A stretch of DNA of 63,213 nt, the filler included, from Octopus bimaculoides (taxonomy: Eukaryota): the NCBI RefSeq assembly GCF_001194135.2. It is 5 parts of 5 records of this genome, joined end to end, with 100 filler letters (N's around TTAATTAATTAA, not from the genome) between each part and the next. Parts side by side here need not be neighbours in the genome. Positions count along the whole stretch, not along the records: positions 1 to 28,628 come from NC_068982.1; 4 more parts are not named here. The stretch is one strand, 5' to 3'. The notes under the pieces are model-generated. The model was not told where the DNA came from and searched no databases. It saw only the letters and a program-made list of their open reading frames with translations. A program made the translations under genes and the position numbers. Below are positions 1 to 12,519 of the stretch, piece after piece; within the stretch, counting starts at the first letter, position 1, and every line of letters starts with the position of its first letter.

Positions 1-1200
1 TATATATATATATATTTATATGTTTATATATGGATATAAATATATATATATGTACGCAGAGGAATGCACAGATAGCTAACCCACACAACCCCACGCACAC
101 TCAGACACACATACACACACATAAACGTACGCACGTACACACAAACACACATACATACTGAAGCACACGCGCATACATGCAACAAAACGCACATATAACC
201 CGACACACATCTCCACGTTCACACACACATATACACACGCACGCACATACATGCACACACGCACATACACACATACACACGCACATACACATACATACAC
301 ACATTCGCACATGTACGCACACATACCTCCAACACAATACACACTCATATAGACACGCACACAATTACACACGCATGGGCATAAACACACATGCACATAC
401 ACGCACGCAAGCACACGCACGCACGCACATACACACAGGAACGCACATATACGCCTACACAAACCCCACACACAACACACGCGCACACGCATACACAAAC
501 TCACATACACACACATACATATACTTACACACACACACAATATATACATATACGCACACACATACACAAATGCATACACAGACGCACATTCACACAAATG
601 CGCACACATACGCACGTGCACCCACGAATGCACACATACCTAACACTCACAACCCCATGCATACACGTATGCACACCCGCATACACACACACACACACGC
701 GCGCACGCACACACAACTATACACATACACGCGTGCACACACGCACATACATACACACGCACATATATACACATGCACCCACATACACGCATACGCAAAT
801 AAACCCGCATTATCTCCCATGCACATACAGCACACACTCATACATACACGCACACAATTATACATACATGGACACACACGCACATACAAGCACACGCACA
901 CAGTAATTTACATTTACTCTACAGACACAACGTCATGCGTACAAACATACCCACACTTCAAACTACCAGTTAAACACATTTCCACTGACCATTCTCCTAC
1001 GCACATGTGTAGGTAGACACACAACAGCCACTCCTACCAAAATTCTTACTATAAATTCTTCCAGTGACTTTAAACGACACGAAGTCCAACCACACACAGA
1101 CACACAGACACACACACACACACGCGAATACATGTGTTATCATTATACACACACACATACGCACACAGACCTGCGCGCACGCACATACACACACATACCT
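1..1200. repeat. Degenerate (TA)n/(CA)n microsatellite field
   Basis: Direct inspection; source of the HT/CV-rich pseudo-ORFs. A similar field lies at ~41840-42250. Confidence 0.95.
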
Positions 1201-1887
1201 CCTTCTCTTGCCCTCTCCTGTCTGAGAAAGAACTTTTTCTTCACCCATTCCCTTCCGGTCAGTTCAATATGTGACCGCGTGTGTATCGTTGGCGATTTTC
1301 TTTCTCCATGTTCCCTTCTTTGGAATTTTTCTATATTTCTAATGAAGAGCTCNNNNNNNNNNNNNNNNNNNNNNNNNNNNNNNNNNNNNNNNNNNNNNNN
1401 NNNNNNNNNNNNNNNNNNNNNNNNNNNNNNNNNNNNNNNNNNNNNNNNNNNNNNNNNNNNNNNNNNNNNNNNNNNNNNNNNNNNNNNNNNNNNNNNNNNN
1501 NNNNNNNNNNNNNNNNNNNNNNNNNNNNNNNNNNNNNNNNNNNNNNNNNNNNNNNNNNNNNNNNNNNNNNNNNNNNNNNNNNNNNNNNNNNNNNNNNNNN
1601 NNNNNNNNNNNNNNNNNNNNNNNNNNNNNNNNNNNNNNNNNNNNNNNNNNNNNNNNNNNNNNNNNNNNNNNNNNNNNNNNNNNNNNNNNNNNNNNNNNNN
1701 NNNNNNNNNNNNNNNNNNNNNNNNNNNNNNNNNNNNNNNNNNNNNNNNNNNNNNNNNNNNNNNNNNNNNNNNNNNNNNNNNNNNNNNNTATATATATATA
1801 TATATATATGTGGATATAAATATATGTATATGTTGACTGAACACTATTCAATTTTTTTTCTCCGTGTTTTTCTCCTTGTCTCCGTAT

Positions 1888-1924
1888 TCTTTCTGTTGAA
1901 GAGCGTAGCTCGAAACGTCAAAGA
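1888..1924 (+). ncRNA. Degenerate minimal hammerhead ribozyme motif
   Basis: TCTTT-CTGTTGA-A-GAGC-GTA-GCTC-GAA-ACGT-C-AAAGA. Perfect 5-bp stem I, 4-bp stem II, ACGT palindrome as stem III, GUC triplet; core A6 is replaced by T. Confidence 0.55.
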
Positions 1925-3599
1925 CTTTCCGTATTCCCGAGCGTCATACTAATACATCCTTTTGTTATTTACACCACCTGTCCTCGTCTGTTGTTGTTTT
2001 TTCGTATATTCTCCCATATATATATACACATATATATATATGGATATATATATATGTATATGCATATATATAATCATATACACATACATACTGACACACA
2101 GTTATAAATGAATGAATGAATGAATAAAATGTATCTATGTATGTATGAATGAATGTGCGTGTGTTCATGTGTGAGTGAAAATGTATGTGTGTGTCTCTGC
2201 ATATCATCATATTGACACTCATGACACTAGTGATGTACTGTTATGTCTATTATAATCAATGCATCACACAGACCATTATTTCAATATGTGAAGACTTGTG
2301 GGATGAAATTATATTAACTGAAAACAAATATAGATTGGCTTCAGGGAGTGCATCCAGCCATAGAATACTGAAGCAATACTTCTTGACCAAACCATGAGGA
2401 AAAAATATGGCCATAAAAATGAAAATGAAAAATTTCTACATTTTATTTCCATCAGCTTCATCTCTGATCTTTGCCGGTTGTTTTATTCCTGAATGTATGC
2501 AGAGAACTTAGATGATTCAGAGATCAAATCTATTAGTTTCTATGTCCACATTTAGGAGTAAGACATCTGATGATGATCAGTAATTAGCTAATCAAAACAT
2601 AGCGTATATCTTAATATAAAGAAAAAAGTTTCTAGTTTAATAATCCAAAAAACTTATAATTGAATTAATTACAAATTATCTCAGACATTTATACAGACAT
2701 TTAATTAATTACAGTGGCTGGTATTAGGTAACTATGTAATTAAATTTATCTGTGGTGTCTTAATTTATATTGCTATCTTTGTCAGCTTTTCATCAACTGA
2801 GGATTGCTAGTATCTATTCATATACACAAATAATACAGTTTTATAGAGACTCAGTTATATTTGTTTACCAATTTACATATCCACATAAATAATATATATT
2901 GAACCAATGAAGGAGCCAAGTCTCCCTCAAGTAATACCCTGCCAGCTTAAGAAAAAGTTAGCCGATATGGTCCCAGGTTCCTTACAAGTAGAAAAAAAGA
3001 CAGAATAGTCATGGCTGGATAGTCTGCTCAGTCAGGGTTGATCTAGGACTGAACATCAAAAACAACAATACAATATTTATTCATGACCTTAGTACAGCAG
3101 CAGCATAAATATAACCATAACTCTACATTCAATTCATTTCAAGGTAAAAAGTTTGCTTCCCAACTGCATGGTTCCAGGTTCAGTCCCGCTGCATGACACT
3201 TTGGACAAGTATCTTCTACTATAGCCTTAGGACAACCAAAGTCTTATGAGCAGATTTGGTAAACAGAAACTGAATGAAGCCCATAATATATATATCACAA
3301 TTTAGGTTAGTTGAAATATGTTTGTCACATATTTCAGCTGCTAAAGGCAAATACACTGCAGTTACCATGGAGAAAAAAACCTCTCTTATGGTAAAACGGT
3401 GTGAAAACACTCAGTTCGTTCAGTGTCGCCATCTCTCAGGAATCTCAGACAACGATGTTTCAAGTTTATTGAGACAACTCTGAATGAACTAAATAAAGCT
3501 TATAGCGTTATATATAATTCAAGCAGTGTGTTGACTGATCTGCGCTAGTAGATCGCTCGATCGAGAAAAATAACAAAGTAATGGCACAAAGCTCTCATT

Positions 3600-3971
3600 A
3601 TCATCATCATCATCGTTTAACATCTGCTTTCAATGCTAGCATGGGTTGGACGATTTGACTGAGGACTGGTGAAACCGGATGGCAACACCAGCCTCCAATC
3701 TGATTTGGCAGAGTTTCTACAGCTGGATGCCCTTCCTAATGCCAACCACTCAGAGAGTGTAGTGGGTGCTTTTATGTGTCACCCGCATGAAGGCCAGTCA
3801 GGCGGTACTGGCAATGGCCATGCTCAAAATGGTGTATTTTATGTGCCACCTGCACAAGAGCCAGTCCAGGGGCACTGGCAACGATCTCACTCGAAAACCC
3901 TACGAAGGCCAGTCAGGCGGTACTGGCAACGGTCACGCTCAAAATGGTGTATTTTATGTGCCACCCGCACA
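3600..3971 (-). mobile_element. SINE family B with RTE-like tail ending in (GAT)n; related copy at 19781-19965 (+)
   Basis: Shared block GAAGGGCATCCAGCTGTAGAAACTCTGCCAAAT...GTTAAACGATGATGATG; contains a ~115-bp internal tandem duplication; truncated by a gap. Confidence 0.85.
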
Positions 3972-4487
3972 NNNNNNNNNNNNNNNNNNNNNNNNNNNNN
4001 NNNNNNNNNNNNNNNNNNNNNNNNNNNNNNNNNNNNNNNNNNNNNNNNNNNNNNNNNNNNNNNNNNNNNNNNNNNNNNNNNNNNNNNNNNNNNNNNNNNN
4101 NNNNNNNNNNNNNNNNNNNNNNNNNNNNNNNNNNNNNNNNNNNNNNNNNNNNNNNNNNNNNNNNNNNNNNNNNNNNNNNNNNNNNNNNNNNNNNNNNNNN
4201 NNNNNNNNNNNNNNNNNNNNNNNNNNNNNNNNNNNNNNNNNNNNNNNNNNNNNNNNNNNNNNNNNNNNNNNNNNNNNNNNNNNNNNNNNNNNNNNNNNNN
4301 NNNNNNNNNNNNNNNNNNNNNNNNNNNNNNNNNNNNNNNNNNNNNNNNNNNNNNNNNNNNNNNNNNNNNNNNNNNNNNNNNNNNNNNNNNNNNNNNNNNN
4401 NNNNNNNNNNNNNNNNNNNNNNNNNNNNNNNNNNNNNNNNNNNNNNNNNNNNNNNNNNNNNNNNNNNNNNNNATGTGTGTGTGTGTG

Positions 4488-4790
4488 AAGGTGCATGGCT
4501 CAGTAGTTAGGACGTCGAGCTTACGATCGTGAGGTTGTGAGTTTGAATCCCGGACTGGGCTGCATGTTGTGTTCTTGAGCAAGACACTTTATTTCACATT
4601 GCTCCAGTTCTCTCAGCTGTAGAAATGAGTTGCGACATCACAGGTGCCAAGCTGTAATGGCCTTTGCATTTCCCTTGGATAACACTGGTGGCATGGAGAG
4701 GGAAGGCCGGTATGCATGGACGACTGCTGGTCTTCCATAAAACAACTTTGCCCAGACTTGTGCCTGGGAGGGTTGGGGGAGGGGTTAATA
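4488..4790 (+). mobile_element. tRNA-derived SINE family C (related copies ~16850-17095 -, ~25545-25830 +)
   Basis: Head GGCTCAGTAGTTAG...GTTTGAATCCC, core GTTCTTGAGCAAGACACTTTATTTCAC..GCTCCAGTT, shared with the other copies. Confidence 0.8.
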
Positions 4791-5286
4791 AATTCCACTC
4801 TATTGTCAGTATTGACAGCATGTTGCTGCTCCAAATATAATTTGATATATTGATGTGCTGCTCTCAATATAGCAATCCATAAGTCCAAATTTCTTTTCCA
4901 GCATAAATCTCAAAAATCCTATGAAAGGGTCATGTACTATCTCTCCACTGAGTAAGCAAAGAAATAATAACAATCCTTTCTACTAAAGGCACAAGGTCAG
5001 AAATTTTGGGGAGAGGTGATTAGTTGATTACATTGACCCCAGTGTTTCACAGGTACTTAATTTATCGACTCTGCAAAAGATTAAAGGCAAAGTCGACCTC
5101 AGTAGAATTTGAACTCAGAACATGAAGACTGACAAAATGCTGCTAAACATTTCACCCAGCATGCTAATGATTCTACCAGCTCACAAAATAATAATATAAA
5201 AACTATAGAAAGCTGTATAACATCTGTTATAGAAATCAAAAACACAAAACAAAATATAAACAGAAAGTCACAACAGAACATCTTAC

Positions 5287-5407
5287 CACTGCCTTTAGTT
5301 TCATTGAATTGATCTTTTATTGTCTTGCATGTGGAACCATCTCCATGACATACACCACACCGATCCTCCTTGGCTGAAGATTCCAGAACCCAGTCACAGC
5401 CAACACG
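5287..5407 (-). CDS. ADAMTS/ADAMTS-like exon, end of cysteine-rich domain (RVGCDWVLESSAKEDRCGVCHGDGSTCKTIKDQFNETKGSG)
   Basis: Acceptor ttcttccttacag, donor gtaaga, 121 nt, phase 0 to 1. GCD...EDRCGVCxGDGSTC is the hallmark motif preceding the ADAMTS spacer domain. Confidence 0.93.
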
Positions 5408-6412
5408 CTGTAAGGAAGAAGAAAGTTTCTTTCAACAGTGGTTATGCAATGTGTATTAGTGGCAATATGAACAGGAGATATGGACAATGGAAATAACAAT
5501 GAGGATGACAACAAGGAGAAACTTGATGATGACGATGATTACAATGACAGTGGTGAAGATGATGGTAATAATGACAATCATTGTCATATTGGTGGAAAAA
5601 CTCAAAATTTGCATGTATAAAAACAAAGTAGGTGAACAGTCGATTATTAATTCCATATAATTTATAAGTACCTACCATTGTCAATATAAATTTAATCTTG
5701 ATCAAGAAACATCAATTCACTTGCTAAGCTAGAAACCTCTGATTATTCTTGTATGAAAGATGCACTTAGGCAATATGGATGATAGGTTGTGATGGTTCGC
5801 ATTCTGTCACTAAGACTAATATATAGTTCCAAACAAAAGTATTTGACTTGCCCTAGTTCAATCCACATATCGTCATCATTTTACATCCATTTTCTCCGCT
5901 GGACCATAACATAATTATATCAAATAGGGTACTGTACTGCACAATTGTCAAAAGTTCCATTCACATGTAGCACTGCATTAAAAATACTCCCATGATCTTG
6001 AGAATAAAGACAATAAATAAAACCATCCTAGAGCAAACCTTACTTGATGCCTTATATATTTTATACCATATATTTTGTGAGCAATAGAATTGTTGATGAT
6101 AGGTTTCCAAATGGATCACTGCTCTTTCAAAGACAATAATGACAAGAAAATGCTTGTGCAACACAGATGGATTAAATGTCACAAGGTTGTTCTCATCAAA
6201 TACACCAGTTTGTTTGTTCTTTCATTAATGGTCATACTTTTTACCAATATATACTGGGGAAAGCTATACACACACATTCTCCCAACTACATGTTTTGGGG
6301 CTCAATACCTGTGTAGCTACTTGGGCAAGTGTCTTCTATTATAGCTCCAGATCAACTAAAGCTTTGTGAAGGGATTTGGTGGACAGAAACTAAAAGAAGC
6401 ATGTTGTATGTA

Positions 6413-6464
<52 letters not shown>

Positions 6465-6490
6465 ACAAAGTAAAGTTGTAAGGTACCTGT

Positions 6491-6521
<31 letters not shown>

Positions 6522-7032
6522 GTATGTACACACAACAGGCAACTTTCAGTTTCTGTCTACCAAATCCACTCACAAGGCTTTAGTTGATCTGGAGCTGTAA
6601 TGTGTGGGTGTCTGTGTGTGAGTTCAAGAAGCCTCAATTTCTTTCTTTATTTCTCTCTCCCCCACATACACACATACATTTTATAAATATAAAATAATTT
6701 ATAATTTAATAAAAATTTGGTGTGGGGCTCTATAGATATAAAATATCCTTGGCTCTTGAACTCTGAATTCTTATCATGCTGTGTTCATATTGTTTACATT
6801 GTTGCATCACCAAGAGAGAAACTGCTTTATTTATTATTTCAGTTTAACTAGCCAGAAAGCAGGTGTCTATTCTTCTATAAATCAGGTAATTACAATTGCT
6901 GAGAAACCACATTACAGTGGATGATTTATCTTTATTATCTGCTTAAGGCTACAAAGATCAGAGTTAAATGTTAGTTGGCTTGTTGAAGCATTGGAGTTCA
7001 AGTGAGGGTTAAGTGTAACAGTTTTGTCTTAC

Positions 7033-7160
7033 CCGGCATTGTCCATTAATGCATATGTTACGACCAATCAAGGAACAGCGGGTACCATCAGCTGCCATAT
7101 CTGCTTTCAACACTGAGAGTTTGACATCTCGAGTTTTGCAATAAAGTTGACATGGAGAAC
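7033..7160 (-). CDS. ADAMTS/ADAMTS-like exon, cysteine-rich domain (SSPCQLYCKTRDVKLSVLKADMAADGTRCSLIGRNICINGQCR)
   Basis: Lies within ORF 7009..7212. Acceptor ttttcacatttacag, donor gtaaga, 128 nt, phase 1 to 0, in frame with both neighbouring exons. Shows the PCxLxC...DGTxC...CINGxC motif. Confidence 0.93.
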
Positions 7161-8713
7161 CTGTAAATGTGAAAATATAATTAAACCTTAAGTAGAGTAG
7201 ACTAATGTTCAAATTAAAGACAGTTTTTGCTTCCCCAGCAACGAAAGTAATGTTTGTGATGGCAGCAGTTGCAACTGTAGTAGTAGTAGTAGTTATATTA
7301 AAAAGGTATAGGTAATAGTTGCCATTATAATTGTTGTATTAGTAGAGATAGAACATATTGTGGTTTCTCTCCCTATAATCATTTATATTTCAAAGACATA
7401 ATCAATGTACTTCTTGTTTTTCTGAAACTTATTTCAAATACAGTCAATAATGTTTCTGTAGCGATAAGTTGAAACCTTACCACTAGATAATCAGACACCA
7501 CAACCAAACCTCCATAGTTCCACATAATTGGTCAATTAATTGACCAATCAGCCTGAGGCTGAGGTGTAATATTGTTTACTCAAATGTTCTTATTTCCTAT
7601 TTAAAAAAAAAACATTTTGATACTCAATTAATTGCAATGTGTTGAAGACAGCCAAGTGACCTGTGCTTCCACTCTTGTTATGGACATTTATGCAGACAAC
7701 TCCACGTTCTCAGCAAACCCATTCTGAACGTTCACATCATGTCTCATAAGTAACTTCTACAGACATGGCATGTTTTTTTTCTCTCTCTCTCACAGTCAGC
7801 AATTATTTACATTATTACAAACCACCAACACCAAATATCTTTATGTCTGGCAATAAATAAACAGTTAAATGTTTGTGAGTTGTATCAGTTATTATTCACT
7901 CAGCTAATGAAATATAACTTCATTTACCTGCTATTCAAGCAACCCACTATGGCAACACTTCTATTATTAGAACTGCTTCTACAATAGGTGTTACAGTCAC
8001 TCTGTGTTTGTTGCTTATTCTATTAATAAGTCATTAGAAAAAGATACCTACATCATCCATGGCTTTGATAGGTCCTGCAAGATCAGTGATATAGATACAA
8101 TTGATGTTTATCTAAAACATATGTTCTTTGAAACTTTTTGAAAAATGAGAGCAGAAAGTGTTTTCCAAAGAGTTGCAATTTTCAGGAAGAATTTTCAAGA
8201 AAATTATTTAGTGTGCTATTTAGTGGATGAGGCGAAATAAGGATGGATGACAGATACAACTGAAGCTAGAACAGAGTATTCTAGATCAAAAGAGTAGAGA
8301 ATGTTATAATAATGTAAGAGGAGGTGGAAAGCTACTATTTATTCCACAATAATAATTATTATTATTACTATTGTTACCTTTCTTTTCCAGTGTACCAAGG
8401 CAGAAATAATGATATAAAATCATTATTTGGATGGGACGTGAACTGGTTTTATACTAAACTATGCAGGGTTCCACCAAGCTTTAAGTTAGGTCCTGCAGAG
8501 GATAGAATTCATCTCTGAAACAAGTGGCAACTTTGTACAATTGGCAGATGATCAACAAGTTTACAGTGCTTGATACTTTAACCATAGGACAGAGGAGATA
8601 TACTTTATCCTTCTAATGCTAAATAAAACAGATAAATCACCAATCATGTAGATCCTCGTAAATTCAGATGAGAATTAGCAAGAAGTATAGAATGTAACAG
8701 AATATATACTTAC

Positions 8714-8819
8714 TTTGCATTCTGACTGGTTCCCACTGGTACAACTGACCATCGTACTCTATATTGTTGTACTTGGCACACTGCTCTTCACGGAAAGTAC
8801 GGCTACCTTCAGGACATGG
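8714..8819 (-). CDS. ADAMTS/ADAMTS-like protein exon, start of cysteine-rich domain (PCPEGSRTFREEQCAKYNNIEYDGQLYQWEPVRMQ)
   Basis: Manual minus-strand translation. Acceptor ttctattttgtatag, donor gtaagt, 106 nt, phase 0 to 1. The PCP...FREEQC...Y.W.P pattern is characteristic of the ADAMTS Cys-rich region. Too short to appear in the ORF track. Confidence 0.92.
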
Positions 8820-9469
8820 CTATACAAAATAGAATAAACACAAAACATAGAAGAGAGACCATCATAACAAACTATTTAGCTTCTTTCATATGTACAAAGT
8901 CAATGGTATTTTGGTATATATGATACTCCCCAGGTCAACGGTATAATAAGTGTATTAATATTTTCAGTATTCATTCTACTAAATTCAAAAGTGATCAACT
9001 GCAAAGATGACTCTGGAATTATAATAACAAATGAAGATAGCAGTACTTTATATAACACTCGTTTTTTTTTTTTTTTCTACTCTCTGTCAAATACTAACAC
9101 ATACAATATGATATTTTATACTCTATGTTATTGGCAAATGATGATAAATAACATAACTGTAGTAGCAAGAGTCAAGGATATTTCAATTCAAGTCTCTGAA
9201 ATTTAATTTCAATCAGTTTATCTAGATGTATTTATACTTATGGCTATAAAACTAACTTTATTATTTTCCCTTTGAATTTGAAGTGTTTTATCATCATGTT
9301 ATTTGTATCATTGTTAGAAATTTCCAAATTAGAAAAAGCTCATATACAATACATTTTATTTATTTGTCTTTAATTTTGATATATTATTTTAATTCCTTTA
9401 AAACAATGGCTTTCCTGGAAAAAATATTTTTCTAATACAGAGATGGTATATTGAATGAGAAAACATGTA

Positions 9470-10330
9470 CAGGGAGTGATGGGTAAGTTGTCATTTCAGA
9501 TTTTTAATTTTGTGCATGTACATTGTTTGTTTTTGATTTTGTCACCTACACAGTATAGTAGGATCAGTTGGGTACTGTCTGTGAGAAAAACAGCACCATG
9601 ATGCAATTCACTCTGCCAGAAATTTGGAAACAACATGCTGTACTGCTTGGTATTTGCACTGGAAGCTTCAATCCGAATAGATGGTGAACACATAGAACAA
9701 GTGCTGGCTTGCTGTGTCCCCAAAACATATACTGAGTGATAAATATCAAACATCTAGTCAACATCATGGTTTTTGGAGTGATCACTATTGATGGCAATTT
9801 TATGCTTCCATTCATCTTCCCATACAGCCTCAGACTCCACACAGAGGCCTACATCAAGTGCCTGGAGGAGGTAGCGCTGTCCTGTGTCATGAGGGTGGCT
9901 GCTGGATGACCCTATGTCTGCACCATGCCACACAAGCAGGAGAACTGGCTGTCAGACAATTTCTGCAACCACATCACCCCTAATACTTGGCCACCTAACG
10001 CCCCAGACTGCAACTTCCTTGATTATTATGTGTGGGGCACAGTTGAGCAAGAGACCTAAAAAAACTCCTTGTATCACCAAAGATGACCTGAAGGCAAGAA
10101 TTATGGCAGAATTCACCAACTTAAACAAGGAGACTGTCCAGAGGAGTTGTAGAATATTCCAAAGTCGTCTGACAGCCATGTTTAAAGCCAATAGCAATTT
10201 TATTGAATAAATTTACTCTTTAGTATTTCAAGATATTTTTATGTAATTTTGGTAAATATATCTGTTACAATAAGATGTCAGTGTTATTTTAATGTTTGCG
10301 TAATTTAGACAATATATTCACTGCACCCTA
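9470..10330 (+). mobile_element. Decayed Tc1/mariner-superfamily transposon (maT/DD37D-like)
   Basis: Frameshifted transposase C-terminus (MVFGVITIDG...HITPNTWPPNAPDCNFLDYYVWG...KARIMAEFTNLNKET...ANSNFIE*). The D in the P-D-x-N-x-L-D-Y motif is maT-like. Degenerate TA-flanked ends CAGGG.../...CACCCTA. Confidence 0.8.
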
Positions 10331-12416
10331 TACACCAAAGACAGAAACACTTAAATAATATTAAATAACATGCCTGCAAAGCTAAAAAGTTTACTTTTCA
10401 ACCAGATGGTTTCAGATTTGATCCTATTGTGTGATACCTTAGACAATTGTCTTCTACTACAGCCCCGGCTGGCTATAGACTTGTGAGTGCATTTGTTTGA
10501 GAGAAACTGAAAGAAGCCCATCATGTAGTAAGAAGTGTACTTCCCAACCTCATGCTTCTGAATTCAGGCCCATTATGTGGGCACCAAGGGCAAATATCTT
10601 CTACTTTAGCCCTGGGCCAACTAAAGCTTTGAGAGTAGATTTGGTGGACAGAAACTGAAAGAAGCCAGTTGTGTGTGTGTGTGTGTGCGTGCATGTGCTT
10701 ACTGGTCTTGACATCATGTGATAGTTGTAAACTGAGTGTCACTAAAGTATAAGTATCATCATTAATTTCCAGTTTTCCACAACAAACATGTCCAGTCATG
10801 AGGAATTATTAATTTGCTTGGAAACAAAGGAGGATTAGTGACAGGAAGGGCATCCAGCCATAAGAAATATACTTCAATGAAATCTGTCTGATCCATGCTA
10901 GCATGGAAAAGTGGAACTTTAAAAATAAACAATAATGTTGACTTTTAGTAAATCCTCAAGCTCAAACTACAACATCTACCATTTTTACAACTTTCAGTAA
11001 GGCAATGTGCTGGCAGAACCATTAGCATGCCAGACGAAATGCTTAGCAGCATTTCATCCACCTCTATGTTCTGAGCTCAAATTCCACTGAAGTCAACTTT
11101 TCCTTTTATACTTTCAGGGTTAATAAAATAAGTACCAGTCAAGTACCTGGTGTCAATGTAATTGACTTCCCTTCCCTCAAAAACTGATGGCCCTGTGCCA
11201 AAATTTGAAACTGTTATTATAGTTTTTGGTGCATGTATGATTAAATACACTGAATGAGGTGTGGATGGAAATGAAAAGTAAAAGTAATGATATTCTGGAG
11301 GTATGTTCCACATTACAATGTTAATTTGACAGTATCTAATGTTTAAAAGACAACTTCCCCACTGAAAAAAATATATCAGTTTATGTAAGTCTTTATTTTT
11401 TCCACAAAAGGATTTGAACTCATCATTGCAAGCTAATGGAACACTGCCTCTCTATCTAAAGTTATTAAGGCAGTATTATTTTTGTAGCTATTAACAGCAT
11501 GGTGTGGCGTTTGATTTTACAAAATGTACATTGCAGAAGCTAAATGATTTCTTAGTGAGTTCAGTTGCTTCAATGTAAAGAACTACCTTGCTTCCTAATT
11601 CTCTGTAGTATTCTTGGTCAACCACCTGCCTTATTTTTAATCTAGCTATGGTTTATACACTGCTTTGGAAAACACATTATGTTCAGCAAAAATTTGCATA
11701 TATTCTCTGCATATGCAATTATATATATTTAAATATGTGTGTCTACATGTGAACATGTACAGGCCTATTTGCTTCATTCTTAGCAATGTCACTGAAACAT
11801 AAAATTATTTTTTATTTTCTTATTTTTTCATAATTGAATATTTTAAACTGTTTGTAGCTCAAACTCAAATTTTTTTTCTTCTGGTTTCTTCAACTTGCAT
11901 ATGCTCTCATTTAAAACACACACACACACACACAAACAGCCTACAAAAAAAAGGAGAAACATTAGGATCTAGCAATAAATATTTTTAATGTTACTGGGAC
12001 TGAGCAAATAAGAAGGTATGACTGAAAAATCTGTCCAAGGTGAAATGAGTTATTCTTCTTTATAAATGGTAATTTATTCTATGTAAATCCACAAGAACAT
12101 TTTCATATAAAGCAATATATTTTAGACTCTTCGCATCTTCATTCCTTTTAGGACAGAGCTGTATAAATTTTAGTCAATAAAATATATGCACACATACTTA
12201 ATCTAATCAAGTGAAGGTTTTGTAGGTGAGGCATATTGTCCATTGAACCAAGTCAGGTATACTACTAGTACTTAATATACAAATACAATAAAGGCTGAAT
12301 GTTAAAAATGATTTGGGAGGGATCAACCTTAAAGCATAAAGGAAATACAGCTAAATATGGTAAAGCATATACTGTAAAACATTTGGTAAAGAGCTATGCA
12401 AATTATGCTGGCTTAC

Positions 12417-12519
12417 TGTCATTACACATGTATACGTCATAATGGTCTCTGAAGTTGATTCTTTGTCACTTGCTAGGAAACATGTGTTGTTTCTGTGAAT
12501 AGTTGTCGTGCAGTTGCAG
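12417..12519 (-). CDS. Probable upstream exon, divergent second half of a thrombospondin type-1 repeat (xCNCTTTIHRNNTCFLASDKESTSETIMTYTCVMT)
   Basis: Pyrimidine-rich acceptor ttctttctttactaag, donor gtaagc, 103 nt open, phase 2 to 0, joining in frame to PCPEG. The terminal C-x3-PCP spacing matches TSP1 ends, but the internal sequence is atypical. Confidence 0.5.

Noticed and set aside
24-1016. Long HT/CV/YI-rich ORFs (also 23919-24257, 31459-31814, 41764-43024, 62132-63197)
   Set aside because: Translations of (CA)n/(TA)n microsatellites, open in several frames, with no domain content.
8377-8514. Exon-like minus-strand segment between two true exons
   Set aside because: All frames from the plausible acceptors hit stops, and the flanking exons already join in phase without it.
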